Position numbers and translations under genes: made by a program. Below, piece after piece: positions 17,176-26,244 of a stretch of DNA of 64,000 nucleotides (the stretch's first letter is position 1; each line of letters opens with the position of its first letter). The stretch lies in contig CAYQGB010000001.1 in NCBI GenBank assembly GCA_964416895.1, forward strand, positions 7,065 to 71,064. Reading direction: 5' to 3'. Under the pieces are notes generated by a model. The model ran no database searches. It was not told the DNA's origin and worked only from the letters and a program-made list of their open reading frames with translations. The DNA comes from an uncultured Calditrichaceae bacterium. GTDB lineage: Bacteria; Calditrichota; Calditrichia; RBG-13-44-9; J075.

Positions 17176-18153
17176 TTACCAGGGCATCTTGCGTTTGGTG
17201 TATTTTCGTCCCACTTCGGCGGCATCCTGCCGTCGGCCGGCGCCGATCATCACTCCCCGCTGAATTTGCCGAATCACGTTCTCCGGCAACACATTGTCCA
17301 GGAAGAATAGGCCGTATTTTTTGCACAGGGCCAGCACTTTATCGCCGGCGGCTTGCACTTCCGGCGGCACCGGCGGATCGGCTCGCCCTTCCAGATAACC
17401 GTAGGAAAGCCCCATATCCCGCGGCCCGTGCTCAGCAAAGCAGATTCCGGGTACCGCCAGGGTCTTTTCGGCATTGGCCAGGGCGTGGGGATCTTCAATT
17501 TTCACTCCCAGCATCAGTTCGCCTTCGGGATTCAACGGCCACACGTCGGCTTTCTTCAAATACTCCTCCGGGGTGATGCCCCACACCCAGGCGGCGAATT
17601 TGTGGCTGCCCCAGCCGCGCAAGCCTTCGCCCAGCGTGTCGATGGCCTGTTTATGGATGGGATAGCGCACCGTGCGCACAAACTCCTTCACCGCTTCCGG
17701 ATCGCGTGCCCGCGCCAGGTGAATGCCGTGCACCCCCTGCAACAGCGCCTGGTGAATCATCCAGTGACCCGCCTGAACGGTTTCTTTATTCAGCCCCAGC
17801 AGCGGCAACACCACAATCACCGCCGGGGTGCGATGCCCGCTGGGCGTGGGGCCGCCATCCACCAGACCGCGCATGAACTCGCGCAACAGCCCAAAATCCA
17901 AAGGATTGTGCTCCATGTTGAACACGATGTAATCCGCCCAGGTCTTCGCCATCTTCTTGCCTTCCTCGTAACCGCCATAAGCCGCGGCATAATAGATGGG
18001 TTGACCCTCTTCTAATAGCTCAATGCACTTGTTGATGCGCCGGGGCGTGTAGGCCTTTTCCTGGGCAACCGCAGGAAGCGTGGCAAAGAACAGTGCCAGA
18101 ACCCAAAGGGTGTGGAAGAATGTTCTTCGGCGATGCATGGGTATCCTCCTCAA
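17176..18153 (-). CDS. HpcH/HpaI aldolase family protein with N-terminal signal peptide
   Basis: GICFAEHGPRDMGLSYG matches the GPxDLS signature of the HpcH/HpaI aldolase / citrate-lyase beta family. The N-terminus RRRTFFHTLWVLALFFATLPAVAQE is signal-peptide-like. Confidence 0.6.
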   Translation of the reverse strand: MRRIPMHRRRTFFHTLWVLALFFATLPAVAQEKAYTPRRINKCIELLEEGQPIYYAAAYGGYEEGKKMAKTWADYIVFNMEHNPLDFGLLREFMRGLVDGGPTPSGHRTPAVIVVLPLLGLNKETVQAGHWMIHQALLQGVHGIHLARARDPEAVKEFVRTVRYPIHKQAIDTLGEGLRGWGSHKFAAWVWGITPEEYLKKADVWPLNPEGELMLGVKIEDPHALANAEKTLAVPGICFAEHGPRDMGLSYGYLEGRADPPVPPEVQAAGDKVLALCKKYGLFFLDNVLPENVIRQIQRGVMIGAGRRQDAAEVGRKYTKRKMPW

Positions 18154-18202
18154 ATAAATACTTCCCCTTTCTCACATGTTCCGGGGCGCCACCGTCAACG
18201 GC

Positions 18203-19915
18203 TTATCCCGGCGTTACCTCATCCGCCCCGATATCCACCCCCTGCCCGGCGGGGCGAGCCTCACCATCCATATCCGTTTGCGGGGTAAAGCGCCCATCCC
18301 CCTGATCCACACCGGGGGAATCCGGTCGCAAATGATAGGTGGGCAACACAAAAAAGTGCACCTCACCGGATAAGTCCCCCCATATGCGGATGCTCCGGAT
18401 GGTATTGGTTTCTACCACCCCCCATTTCCCACCGGCGTGTACCACCCGACCGACCAGCGCATCGGGGGAAAAGGTGGCCCGAGAGGAGTAAATCTCGGTA
18501 ATGGCCCGGGTGGGATCGAAGGTAACCTTCTCGGCTTTGATTTCCAGCCAATCGTCGATAAACAAAGGCTCACCGGAGAGATTGTTCTCCGCCGCGGGCG
18601 ATGGAAGCAAATTTTTGCTCACCATCGCTTCGACCTGCAAATCAAATCTTCCCAGAATAATGTTGTTGACGATTTTCCCTTTCCGCAGCCCCGCTTTGGT
18701 CTCCACAAACAGAAAATCATCCAGGATGGTGTTGTTCACCACTTCCACTTCGCTGCGCTGAAAGTAAATCCCGGTGTTCATCGCGGTGATATTGTTGACA
18801 AACCGCCCCCTCGTTTCCATGGTCATGCGCATGGCCCCGGAATTCTTCGAGGGGTTTTCATTGCCGATGAACAGGTTTCGGGAGATGGTCACGAAAAAGT
18901 CATCGGAAGCCGGTAACGGATCCAACGGGCGGTCGTAGCGATGCTCCTGCCCCCCGACAAACAACGCGCCGCCGTCGTCATCGCAATAATTATTCACAAA
19001 GATGTTCCTCTGAATCACCGGGCTGGACCACAGGGCAACGAACAGTCCCCCGGCGTCATTTCGATTGAGGGCGCGATTCCCCAGAAAAATATTCTCTTCG
19101 ATGATCGGCCGGCTCCAGTCGAATACAGAAACCGCGCCGCCGTCGCTGCTGCGTTTGGGATCGCTTAATCCGGTGGTGTTGTTCAGGAATACATTGCCCC
19201 GAATCACGCCCCGGCATCGACCGTGAAGGGCAATAGCTGCTCCACGTCCCACTTCGGTAAAATTTTCCACAAACAGGTTGTTTTCGATAACCGGCGCCGA
19301 ACCACTCTGAGCATAAATTGCCCCGCCGTCATTGGCGATTTCGTGGCGATATTGGGGATTCCAGGGCTGAGGGGAGAGAGTGGTATTATTTCTGAAGACA
19401 TTATTCGTGATGATGCAGGAAACCCCGTTGCAAAAAACGGCGCCTCCTTTTCCGCGAATGCGACCATTGATGATGACAAATCCGTCAATCTGCGCCCCTT
19501 CTGCTGCGATGAGGAGGCGATCTTTTCCCCGGCCATCCAGAATCGAACGGTACCGAAAAATGTCCCGCCGGGCAAAACCGTCATCAAATCCCCCCAGTAA
19601 GGCCAGGTTTTCCTTCAACGTCAGGGCGTTGACCGGATACTCCCCCCGGGCCACCAGAATGGCGATCCGCGAGGGCGGTTCTGCCGTCGGCACCCGGGAC
19701 ACCGCATAGGCAAGGGATTTCCAGGGTCTTTGGCGGGTTCCCGCATCGGGCACATCCTGACCGCGATTTTGGGAGACGTAATAAACCCCGGCAAAGCTTT
19801 CCTGACGAACCGGAGTCGTTTCCGGCCCGGCGCTCAGGAGAGGCAATGTCATTAATACGGTGAGTAGAATTCCTATCCGGAGTTTCATATCTATAGCCTG
19901 TTGTAGAATTTCCAA
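18203..19915 (-). CDS. Right-handed parallel beta-helix repeat protein (pectate-lyase-like fold), secreted
   Basis: Signal peptide (KLRIGILLTVLMTLPLLSAG). Repeated PbH1-type turns (ITNNVFRNN, IENNLFVEN, IRGNVFLNN, IEENIFLGN, IQRNIFVNN). Confidence 0.6.
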   Translation of the reverse strand: MEILQQAIDMKLRIGILLTVLMTLPLLSAGPETTPVRQESFAGVYYVSQNRGQDVPDAGTRQRPWKSLAYAVSRVPTAEPPSRIAILVARGEYPVNALTLKENLALLGGFDDGFARRDIFRYRSILDGRGKDRLLIAAEGAQIDGFVIINGRIRGKGGAVFCNGVSCIITNNVFRNNTTLSPQPWNPQYRHEIANDGGAIYAQSGSAPVIENNLFVENFTEVGRGAAIALHGRCRGVIRGNVFLNNTTGLSDPKRSSDGGAVSVFDWSRPIIEENIFLGNRALNRNDAGGLFVALWSSPVIQRNIFVNNYCDDDGGALFVGGQEHRYDRPLDPLPASDDFFVTISRNLFIGNENPSKNSGAMRMTMETRGRFVNNITAMNTGIYFQRSEVEVVNNTILDDFLFVETKAGLRKGKIVNNIILGRFDLQVEAMVSKNLLPSPAAENNLSGEPLFIDDWLEIKAEKVTFDPTRAITEIYSSRATFSPDALVGRVVHAGGKWGVVETNTIRSIRIWGDLSGEVHFFVLPTYHLRPDSPGVDQGDGRFTPQTDMDGEARPAGQGVDIGADEVTPG

Positions 19916-19932
19916 GACTTCCGCTATTAACC

Positions 19933-19971
19933 GTGATGCGTGAAACGTGAAAAGAAGAAGTCACGCATCAC
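19933..19971. repeat. Intergenic hairpin GTGATGCGTGA-N17-TCACGCATCAC (CGTGAAACG family)
   Basis: Perfect 11-bp inverted repeat between two minus-strand genes; read from the sequence. Confidence 0.6.
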
Positions 19972-20049
19972 CCCGCCGCGGCGGGGTTGCACGCAAGATG
20001 GCGATCTTTATCGGAGATTCGTCGCTGAGATAGTGATTACAAAAACCAT

Positions 20050-22548
20050 CTACCTTTGCGAGGATACAAATTGCATGGCATACAGCTTTGCCCCCCGCAT
20101 CCGAAACATTAACCGCACCGGCTTCCCCACCAGCGCCGAGACATCGGTGCCTTTCTTCAGCCACTCCACCTCTGTGGCGATAAAATCTCCGTTGATGTAA
20201 ATGCACTCCTCCACCGAATAACCGGGAATGGGATTTCCCTTCTCATCAAGGAATCCCACCTGCGCATACCCGGTGGCATCGGTATCGATATTGAGCACCA
20301 GGCGGTTGCCCTTGAACAGCAGCGGTTTGGTGATGAGGATGGCTTCCTTATCATAGGGGGCATCCGCAGAAACGAAGCCATCCAGGCGCTGCACCAGCCG
20401 GTAAACCCCACGCCCCTGAGGATCGCGTTTCCAGGCGGAATGATACTGGGTTTCTCCAAAATAGTATTGCCAGATTTCGTTGCCCCGGCGCACCATCCCC
20501 TGGGCAATATAGGCCGTTTTCACATCCCGCCCGGCGTGAGGCCCGATACCCACATACGCCGGCCGGGGATAGCGCTTCCAGTGGAAACCATCCCGGCTCA
20601 CCGCCAATTGCGTCTCGATGGGGCCACTCCCCCGCCCCCGAAGAGAATCCATCAGCACCCGACGGGTTACCGGCGAATCCACTTCGTAATGAAAATACAC
20701 AATGGGAAAGGCCAGATACACATCCGGTGCCCAGGGGTATTTGATGGCTTTGGTAACGTAAATATCGGTTTCAGACGGATCCAGGGTATCCACGGGAGTA
20801 AACAGGTGGGGATATTCAAAGGAAAATCCCGGCGGGGCCAGAGGGCCGTTATCCAGAAACCAGGGCTGTGGTTCTCGCAGGGGATACTTCTTCGCTAAAT
20901 TTTCCACATCCTGCAACGTCAGCGGCTTAAATGACCAGGGAGGATAAATATTCCGGGAAACGGTAAAGGCAGTCTCGCGGCGCGTTTCCCCTCCGGGAAA
21001 TTGGAGCACATCGGAGCGATGGTAGGCCAGATATTTTTGCTGCTGGTCATCGTAAAAGGCACAACTCTGGGTACCGGAACGGAAAGGCAATAAATACGGT
21101 TTGAGTCGCTTCCAGTGCAATCCATCGGGAGAAACGAACAGGTAAATGCCCTGGCGGTGAAAATCGCTGATGTATTTCCAGCGCTCTTCCGGCGGGCCGT
21201 TGGGATCCCTGAAGGGGGTACCCAGTCCGCCCACCGGCGCAGGAATGGTGATGTTGCGGCGACCGAAATAGGTTGTGCCCAGATCCGGCGCTTGGAAATG
21301 TATCCCATCCCGGGAAATCAACACCTGCAAATAATCATCTTCCACAGAATTGTACATGCGGATATACCCCTGCTCGTCCTCCACCACGGTCAGGTGCTTT
21401 CGGAAGGGGCCTGTGATGTTATCAATCACCCGTTCGGCTTTACGGGGGGGATTCACCACATAGGTGATATGCTTTTGCGTCTCCACGATGGCATCGTCGA
21501 TAAACAGGTATTTTCGGTTTCCCAGAGGAATGGGCACCTGGTTTCGTTTTTCTTCTATGAACAGCAGCGGTGGCCCCTTTTTCAGGGGAGGATTTTGCTG
21601 TTTACCGTTAACATAGGGGGAAAAGCTTCCGGGTACCGGGAAATCTTCTTCATACAGGGCAGCGGCGGAAAATCGCAGTTCATCAAGCCGCCCGGGGAGG
21701 GGATGTCGCCACAATCCATCACGCCCCACGGTGAAATAATCCTCATCGCCTTCGGGAAGAGATTCAAACTGAACCCCTGATTTTTCATCTACCAGCTTGC
21801 CATCCAGAAAATGACGCAGCGTTTTCTTCCGGGAATTGTAAACAAAGGCCAGATGATGCCATTCCCCGGGGGAAGGATTCAGGGCACTGGCATCGGTCTG
21901 TAAAATCACCCGGGTGTTGGTGGGGTGGTTGAACCATTCAAATCCATCCAGGGTCGCCTTCACTGCCAGACGGGTCATTTGCCGATTTTCTCCGCGTGGG
22001 CCCGTGCCGATTTCAAACACCACGCCATCGCTGTCGGGCTTTTCCACAGGTCGGAACCAGAATTCCACCGTCCAGTCGAAATTGCCGAGATTCAGCTGGG
22101 TGCGGGTGGGATGGGGATAAGTGGCTTCCTTGCGCAGGTGATTTTCACCGCCGGGAATGAAGGCGCAAAATTGAGCCGTATGCCAGGAAAGCGGGGGCAC
22201 TTTACGACCCGGCCCGGGAGGCAGCGCTTTCAGGCCGAAACGCACTTCTCCTTCAGGGAAGGTCAGGCAATCCAGCTCCGGATAAGGCGATGGCTCCAGG
22301 GCGTTCCCGAACTTGCCGGGCACAATCCGACCGCCCAATCCCAGAACCATTGCATAATCGTTTTGCGAATGGTCGTTTAAAATGCAACTGGGGTACAGCC
22401 CCTGCGGTTCATCGAACAACCACAGGGCAATGACCGGGTTCTCCGACTTTCCGGATAAAGCTGAAGAAATCTCCCGGGCTGTATAGCTTTGATTTAGTAC
22501 GCCAACAAAGCACAGGATGAGAAGGGTGACCGATGATCTCATTTGCAT
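20050..22548 (-). CDS. Secreted ConA/LamG-like lectin domain plus beta-propeller glycoside-hydrolase-like domains, paralog 2
   Basis: Signal peptide. The N-terminal ~250 aa resemble a laminin-G/ConA-like fold (WTVEFWFRP...WHHLAFVYN). Downstream are SRDGIHF, SPDGLHWKR and SRDGFHWKR blade motifs. Confidence 0.5.
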   Translation of the reverse strand: MQMRSSVTLLILCFVGVLNQSYTAREISSALSGKSENPVIALWLFDEPQGLYPSCILNDHSQNDYAMVLGLGGRIVPGKFGNALEPSPYPELDCLTFPEGEVRFGLKALPPGPGRKVPPLSWHTAQFCAFIPGGENHLRKEATYPHPTRTQLNLGNFDWTVEFWFRPVEKPDSDGVVFEIGTGPRGENRQMTRLAVKATLDGFEWFNHPTNTRVILQTDASALNPSPGEWHHLAFVYNSRKKTLRHFLDGKLVDEKSGVQFESLPEGDEDYFTVGRDGLWRHPLPGRLDELRFSAAALYEEDFPVPGSFSPYVNGKQQNPPLKKGPPLLFIEEKRNQVPIPLGNRKYLFIDDAIVETQKHITYVVNPPRKAERVIDNITGPFRKHLTVVEDEQGYIRMYNSVEDDYLQVLISRDGIHFQAPDLGTTYFGRRNITIPAPVGGLGTPFRDPNGPPEERWKYISDFHRQGIYLFVSPDGLHWKRLKPYLLPFRSGTQSCAFYDDQQQKYLAYHRSDVLQFPGGETRRETAFTVSRNIYPPWSFKPLTLQDVENLAKKYPLREPQPWFLDNGPLAPPGFSFEYPHLFTPVDTLDPSETDIYVTKAIKYPWAPDVYLAFPIVYFHYEVDSPVTRRVLMDSLRGRGSGPIETQLAVSRDGFHWKRYPRPAYVGIGPHAGRDVKTAYIAQGMVRRGNEIWQYYFGETQYHSAWKRDPQGRGVYRLVQRLDGFVSADAPYDKEAILITKPLLFKGNRLVLNIDTDATGYAQVGFLDEKGNPIPGYSVEECIYINGDFIATEVEWLKKGTDVSALVGKPVRLMFRMRGAKLYAMQFVSSQR

Positions 22549-22678
22549 TTCCTAAAGTATGGCCAATTTTTGTCTATTCCATCTGGATCTGTTTTTTTCT
22601 TCGATTTCGCTGTTTTCACCTTCTTCCACTGCTCATGCGATGGAAGGAAGAAAGAAGGCGCTCCCGTGCCGAATTCAT

Positions 22679-23611
22679 CTACCGCGGTTTTTTCACCTCC
22701 CCTTTTTGAACCACAATCCGATATGGGCTGGAATAGAATTCAATGACGTAATGGGGCATGTCGTTTTCTTCCGCAAAATCATCCACTTCAAAGACCGGAA
22801 TACGATCGAACAGCATATCCTGCCGCCACATGTGCCCATGTCCCACAAAAATGCCTTTAATGCGATCCTGATATTTTTTCAGCAAGGCAAAAAAGCGGGG
22901 TTCGTTCTGGGAGGTAATCAAATCCTTTGGTTTGGCCCAGATTTTGAAGTGATCGGTCTTTAACGGAAAATGGGTCACCACAATGGTGGGCAACCCTTTT
23001 TCCAATTCCTGTTCAAAGAATCGCATCTGTTCATCGTCGAAATGGCGGTGCAAATACCGCCCCCGCATGCTGTTCAGAACGATGAAATTCCAGCCCCGAT
23101 GTTCAACGGCATAGTATGGATCCCGTCCGGTATGTTTTTTCCAGATTTTTTCCATCTGCAAAATTTCGGCTTCCGGGAAATAGGCGTCGGAATCGCGGCC
23201 GCTCCACAGCTTGTAATCATGATTACCCATGGCAGGATACCAGGGAATGTGCAAACGATTCAGGATTTGAACTGCTTTGGCCAGTCGATTCACCGCTTGC
23301 TGTGGAAATTGCTGCGGATGTTTATCAAAGACTGACGAAACCAGATCGCCACCGTGCAATAGGAGTTCGACTTTGGGGGGTTTTTGTTCATTTAAGATAT
23401 CCACCAATCGCTTCAGCCGCGCATCTTTCTCCATATCGTTACTCACATGGGTATCCGAAATGTAGACGGCACGAAAGGCAATTTGATTTTCGCGGTAATC
23501 GGGCGGTTTGTTTTGAGGTTTAACGCAGGTCAGTAGCAGAGCGGCCGCACCGAAGATGACCCCACACAGACTTATTGTCCTTTTCTGGAGTATTCTCCAC
23601 AAAATATTCAT
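22679..23611 (-). CDS. Metallophosphoesterase (calcineurin-like phosphoesterase)
   Basis: Motifs DTH (VYISDTHVS), GGDLV, GNHDY and GHGH in canonical order. N-terminal signal/TM. Confidence 0.75.
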   Translation of the reverse strand: MNILWRILQKRTISLCGVIFGAAALLLTCVKPQNKPPDYRENQIAFRAVYISDTHVSNDMEKDARLKRLVDILNEQKPPKVELLLHGGDLVSSVFDKHPQQFPQQAVNRLAKAVQILNRLHIPWYPAMGNHDYKLWSGRDSDAYFPEAEILQMEKIWKKHTGRDPYYAVEHRGWNFIVLNSMRGRYLHRHFDDEQMRFFEQELEKGLPTIVVTHFPLKTDHFKIWAKPKDLITSQNEPRFFALLKKYQDRIKGIFVGHGHMWRQDMLFDRIPVFEVDDFAEENDMPHYVIEFYSSPYRIVVQKGEVKKPR

Positions 23612-26244
23612 TCCCGATATGCCTCCAGTAACTGCCAGTAAGGAGAAAAATCGCTGTCTTCTGCAGCGACTTTTTTCATCATGGTTTTGATTTTTTCCCA
23701 GTCACTTTGAAATTCGCGAACGATTGCTGCCGATTTCTGAGGTTGTTGACTCAACCGCAACCCCACCTGCGCTGCCCGAACTACCAGATCATTGGAATAA
23801 CGGGATTTATCCCAACCATGTGCGGCAATGAATTGCGCCACCCGCATTAACCGCCTCATTTTCCCGTAAATTCCGGAACATGTTTCCCAGTCATTACCGG
23901 CAGGAAAGCTTATCTTCAACACAATTTTGCGCTGCACATCTGTTGCGGGGATAAAAACCCGTGTTTCCAACAATTGCCCCAAATAGTTCCAGCCTGGCCA
24001 GGACATATTCTGTTGATAAGGCACATCCTGCCCATTCACTTCAATCCTTTTCGGAGGCAGGGAAAAAGGGAGGCGAATTTCATAACGCCGTTTTTGAATC
24101 ATCTCCGGAAACATCCCCTGCTGGGGACCAATTGTAACAGTCAATGTGCTTTCCGATTGGATGGTAGTGACGGGAATTAATGTGAATTGCCCCTTCTGGT
24201 AATCCACTGTTTTTCCATCATCTTCGTAAATCGAAATACTGTCAGAGGCTCCGGGGAAAATGGTTAAAATCAGCGGATCCGGTTGAATGAGGGCGTGAAG
24301 GGAATCCGCCGGTTGCATGGGAATAATTGCGCCGGCTCTCACGAACACCGGTATTTCATCCAGTTGGTAGCCCTGCTTCCAGACCCTGCCGCCTTCTAAA
24401 AGCTTGCCGGAACTCCACTCCGCCCATCTGCCTGGCGGCAGCCAGGTCTGGTACTGAATAAAGACATGGCTTGAATCCATGGGACGGGTAATAGGATGGA
24501 CAATTATTCGATCCCCAAAAAAGTATTCGTTTTTGAATTGATAGGCAGCGGGATGATCCGGGAATTCATAATACAGCGGATGGCAGATACTAACGCCACT
24601 CCGGTAAGCCCGATAAGCCATGGTGTAGATGTAAGGAATGAGTTGTTCCCGCAAGCGGATGGCTTGCTGCATGGCCTGAAAATACTGGTAGGGATACACC
24701 CAGAACCGCCGTTCGATTTCAGGGCTTTTGGTGGCATGGGTTCGAAAGATGGGACTGAAAGCCCCAAACTGGACCCAGCGTGTGTACAATTCCGGCGGAC
24801 TATCCCCCCGGGTGTGCCCACCGATATCGTGGCTCCAATAGCCATAAGCAACGTTCGCCGCTGTGGCCGTAAAGTATGGTTGAAAATCCAGCGATTGCCA
24901 GGATATGCTGGCATCACCGGAAAAGCCAATGGGATAGCGATGGGAACCCAATCCGGCGTACCGACTGAGAATCAGTGGCCGTTTTTGCCCCTGTGCTGCA
25001 TGGCTGTAAAAGGTGTAATTCAACCAGAATTCGGTATTGACGCCAGCCACCGGCCCCGTATCCCAATTCTGCCAGTCCGGCCACCAGAAATCCACCCCCT
25101 GCTGTTCCAGCGGTTGCAATACAATGGCAAAAAATTTTTGCATGAATGTTTTGTCAAACAACCGAAAGGGGATGGGTTGGCGGTCGGTTGGATTAAGCCC
25201 CAGCGCACTGGCCAGTTCGGCATAGCGCGCTTCATGGGGTAAGATGCCCGCATCCAGATGCAAGTTCAATCCCACAGCAATCTGGTGGGCATGCATCCAT
25301 TGTAAGAAGTCTGTTGGTTCCGGAAAGTAATTTCGGTTCCAGGTAAATCCCGTCCAACCCATCTTTTTGCCGCCAGGGGCGCGCTTTCGTTTTCCATGTT
25401 CAAAAAATTCCGGCAGGCTGGTGACGTGCCAGTCCATATCCACCATCAACACATCCAGCGGTAAATGATAGCGATGGTATTCTTCCACCAACTGACGCAA
25501 TTCCTGATTGGTGTATTCCCAATACCGTGACCACCAGATACCGAAGGCAAAACGCGGTGGGATGGGCGGGTGTCCCGCCACCTGAACAAAATCGAACAAA
25601 GCGGTTTTAAATTGTTTACCATAGCCAAAAAAATAGAAATCTTGCGCTTCTTTTTGAGGGCGGGGCTGAACCCAGGGCCATTCCGAATTGTCCAGCAATG
25701 CGTGGTGCGAATCGTCAATAAGCGACCAGCCATCGCGGGAAACCAGACCCTCCATCAGTTTTAATGGCTTGCCCGTGTCCCGGTGGAACGGACCATTGTG
25801 GTCATCCAGGGAGTAAGCCGTGCCCTTCAAATTCCCCTGATTGGGCATTCCCGGATACCAGGTAAAAGTCGTGTCCGGTCCATGATAAACGATAGACAAA
25901 TTTTTTGCAGTAAACCGTCCACTATTGATTCGATATTTCAGCGTCAAAAATTGGGTTTGAATGACCAGCCAGTCCCCTTCACGCCTGGTTTGGAAAGGCG
26001 GAACCGGCAGGCGGCGATGGATGAAAACAATGGAAGGCTGGTCAATAAACTGCGCGGTAGCCGACCATTCCAGCCGAATCAGGTGAGGGGTCAGCACAGT
26101 AAAACGTGCCTGCCCACTGGTAACCACAGCTTCCGGGAAAGCCTGGGGATTGGCTTTTTCGGCTGCGAATATCGGCAAACAGAAAAATAGCAGCGCCAGA
26201 ATCAACCATGCTGTTTGGACATTCCGTTTCTTTAAAAATTTCAT
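23608..26244 (-). CDS. Glycoside hydrolase family 31-like enzyme (alpha-glucosidase / alpha-xylosidase family), secreted
   Basis: The GH31-type pattern GHPPIPPRFAFGIWWSRYWEYTNQELRQLVEEYHRYHLPLDVLMVDMDWH, then VDFWWPDWQNWD. Signal peptide. 878 aa. Confidence 0.6.
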   Translation of the reverse strand: MKFLKKRNVQTAWLILALLFFCLPIFAAEKANPQAFPEAVVTSGQARFTVLTPHLIRLEWSATAQFIDQPSIVFIHRRLPVPPFQTRREGDWLVIQTQFLTLKYRINSGRFTAKNLSIVYHGPDTTFTWYPGMPNQGNLKGTAYSLDDHNGPFHRDTGKPLKLMEGLVSRDGWSLIDDSHHALLDNSEWPWVQPRPQKEAQDFYFFGYGKQFKTALFDFVQVAGHPPIPPRFAFGIWWSRYWEYTNQELRQLVEEYHRYHLPLDVLMVDMDWHVTSLPEFFEHGKRKRAPGGKKMGWTGFTWNRNYFPEPTDFLQWMHAHQIAVGLNLHLDAGILPHEARYAELASALGLNPTDRQPIPFRLFDKTFMQKFFAIVLQPLEQQGVDFWWPDWQNWDTGPVAGVNTEFWLNYTFYSHAAQGQKRPLILSRYAGLGSHRYPIGFSGDASISWQSLDFQPYFTATAANVAYGYWSHDIGGHTRGDSPPELYTRWVQFGAFSPIFRTHATKSPEIERRFWVYPYQYFQAMQQAIRLREQLIPYIYTMAYRAYRSGVSICHPLYYEFPDHPAAYQFKNEYFFGDRIIVHPITRPMDSSHVFIQYQTWLPPGRWAEWSSGKLLEGGRVWKQGYQLDEIPVFVRAGAIIPMQPADSLHALIQPDPLILTIFPGASDSISIYEDDGKTVDYQKGQFTLIPVTTIQSESTLTVTIGPQQGMFPEMIQKRRYEIRLPFSLPPKRIEVNGQDVPYQQNMSWPGWNYLGQLLETRVFIPATDVQRKIVLKISFPAGNDWETCSGIYGKMRRLMRVAQFIAAHGWDKSRYSNDLVVRAAQVGLRLSQQPQKSAAIVREFQSDWEKIKTMMKKVAAEDSDFSPYWQLLEAYRE

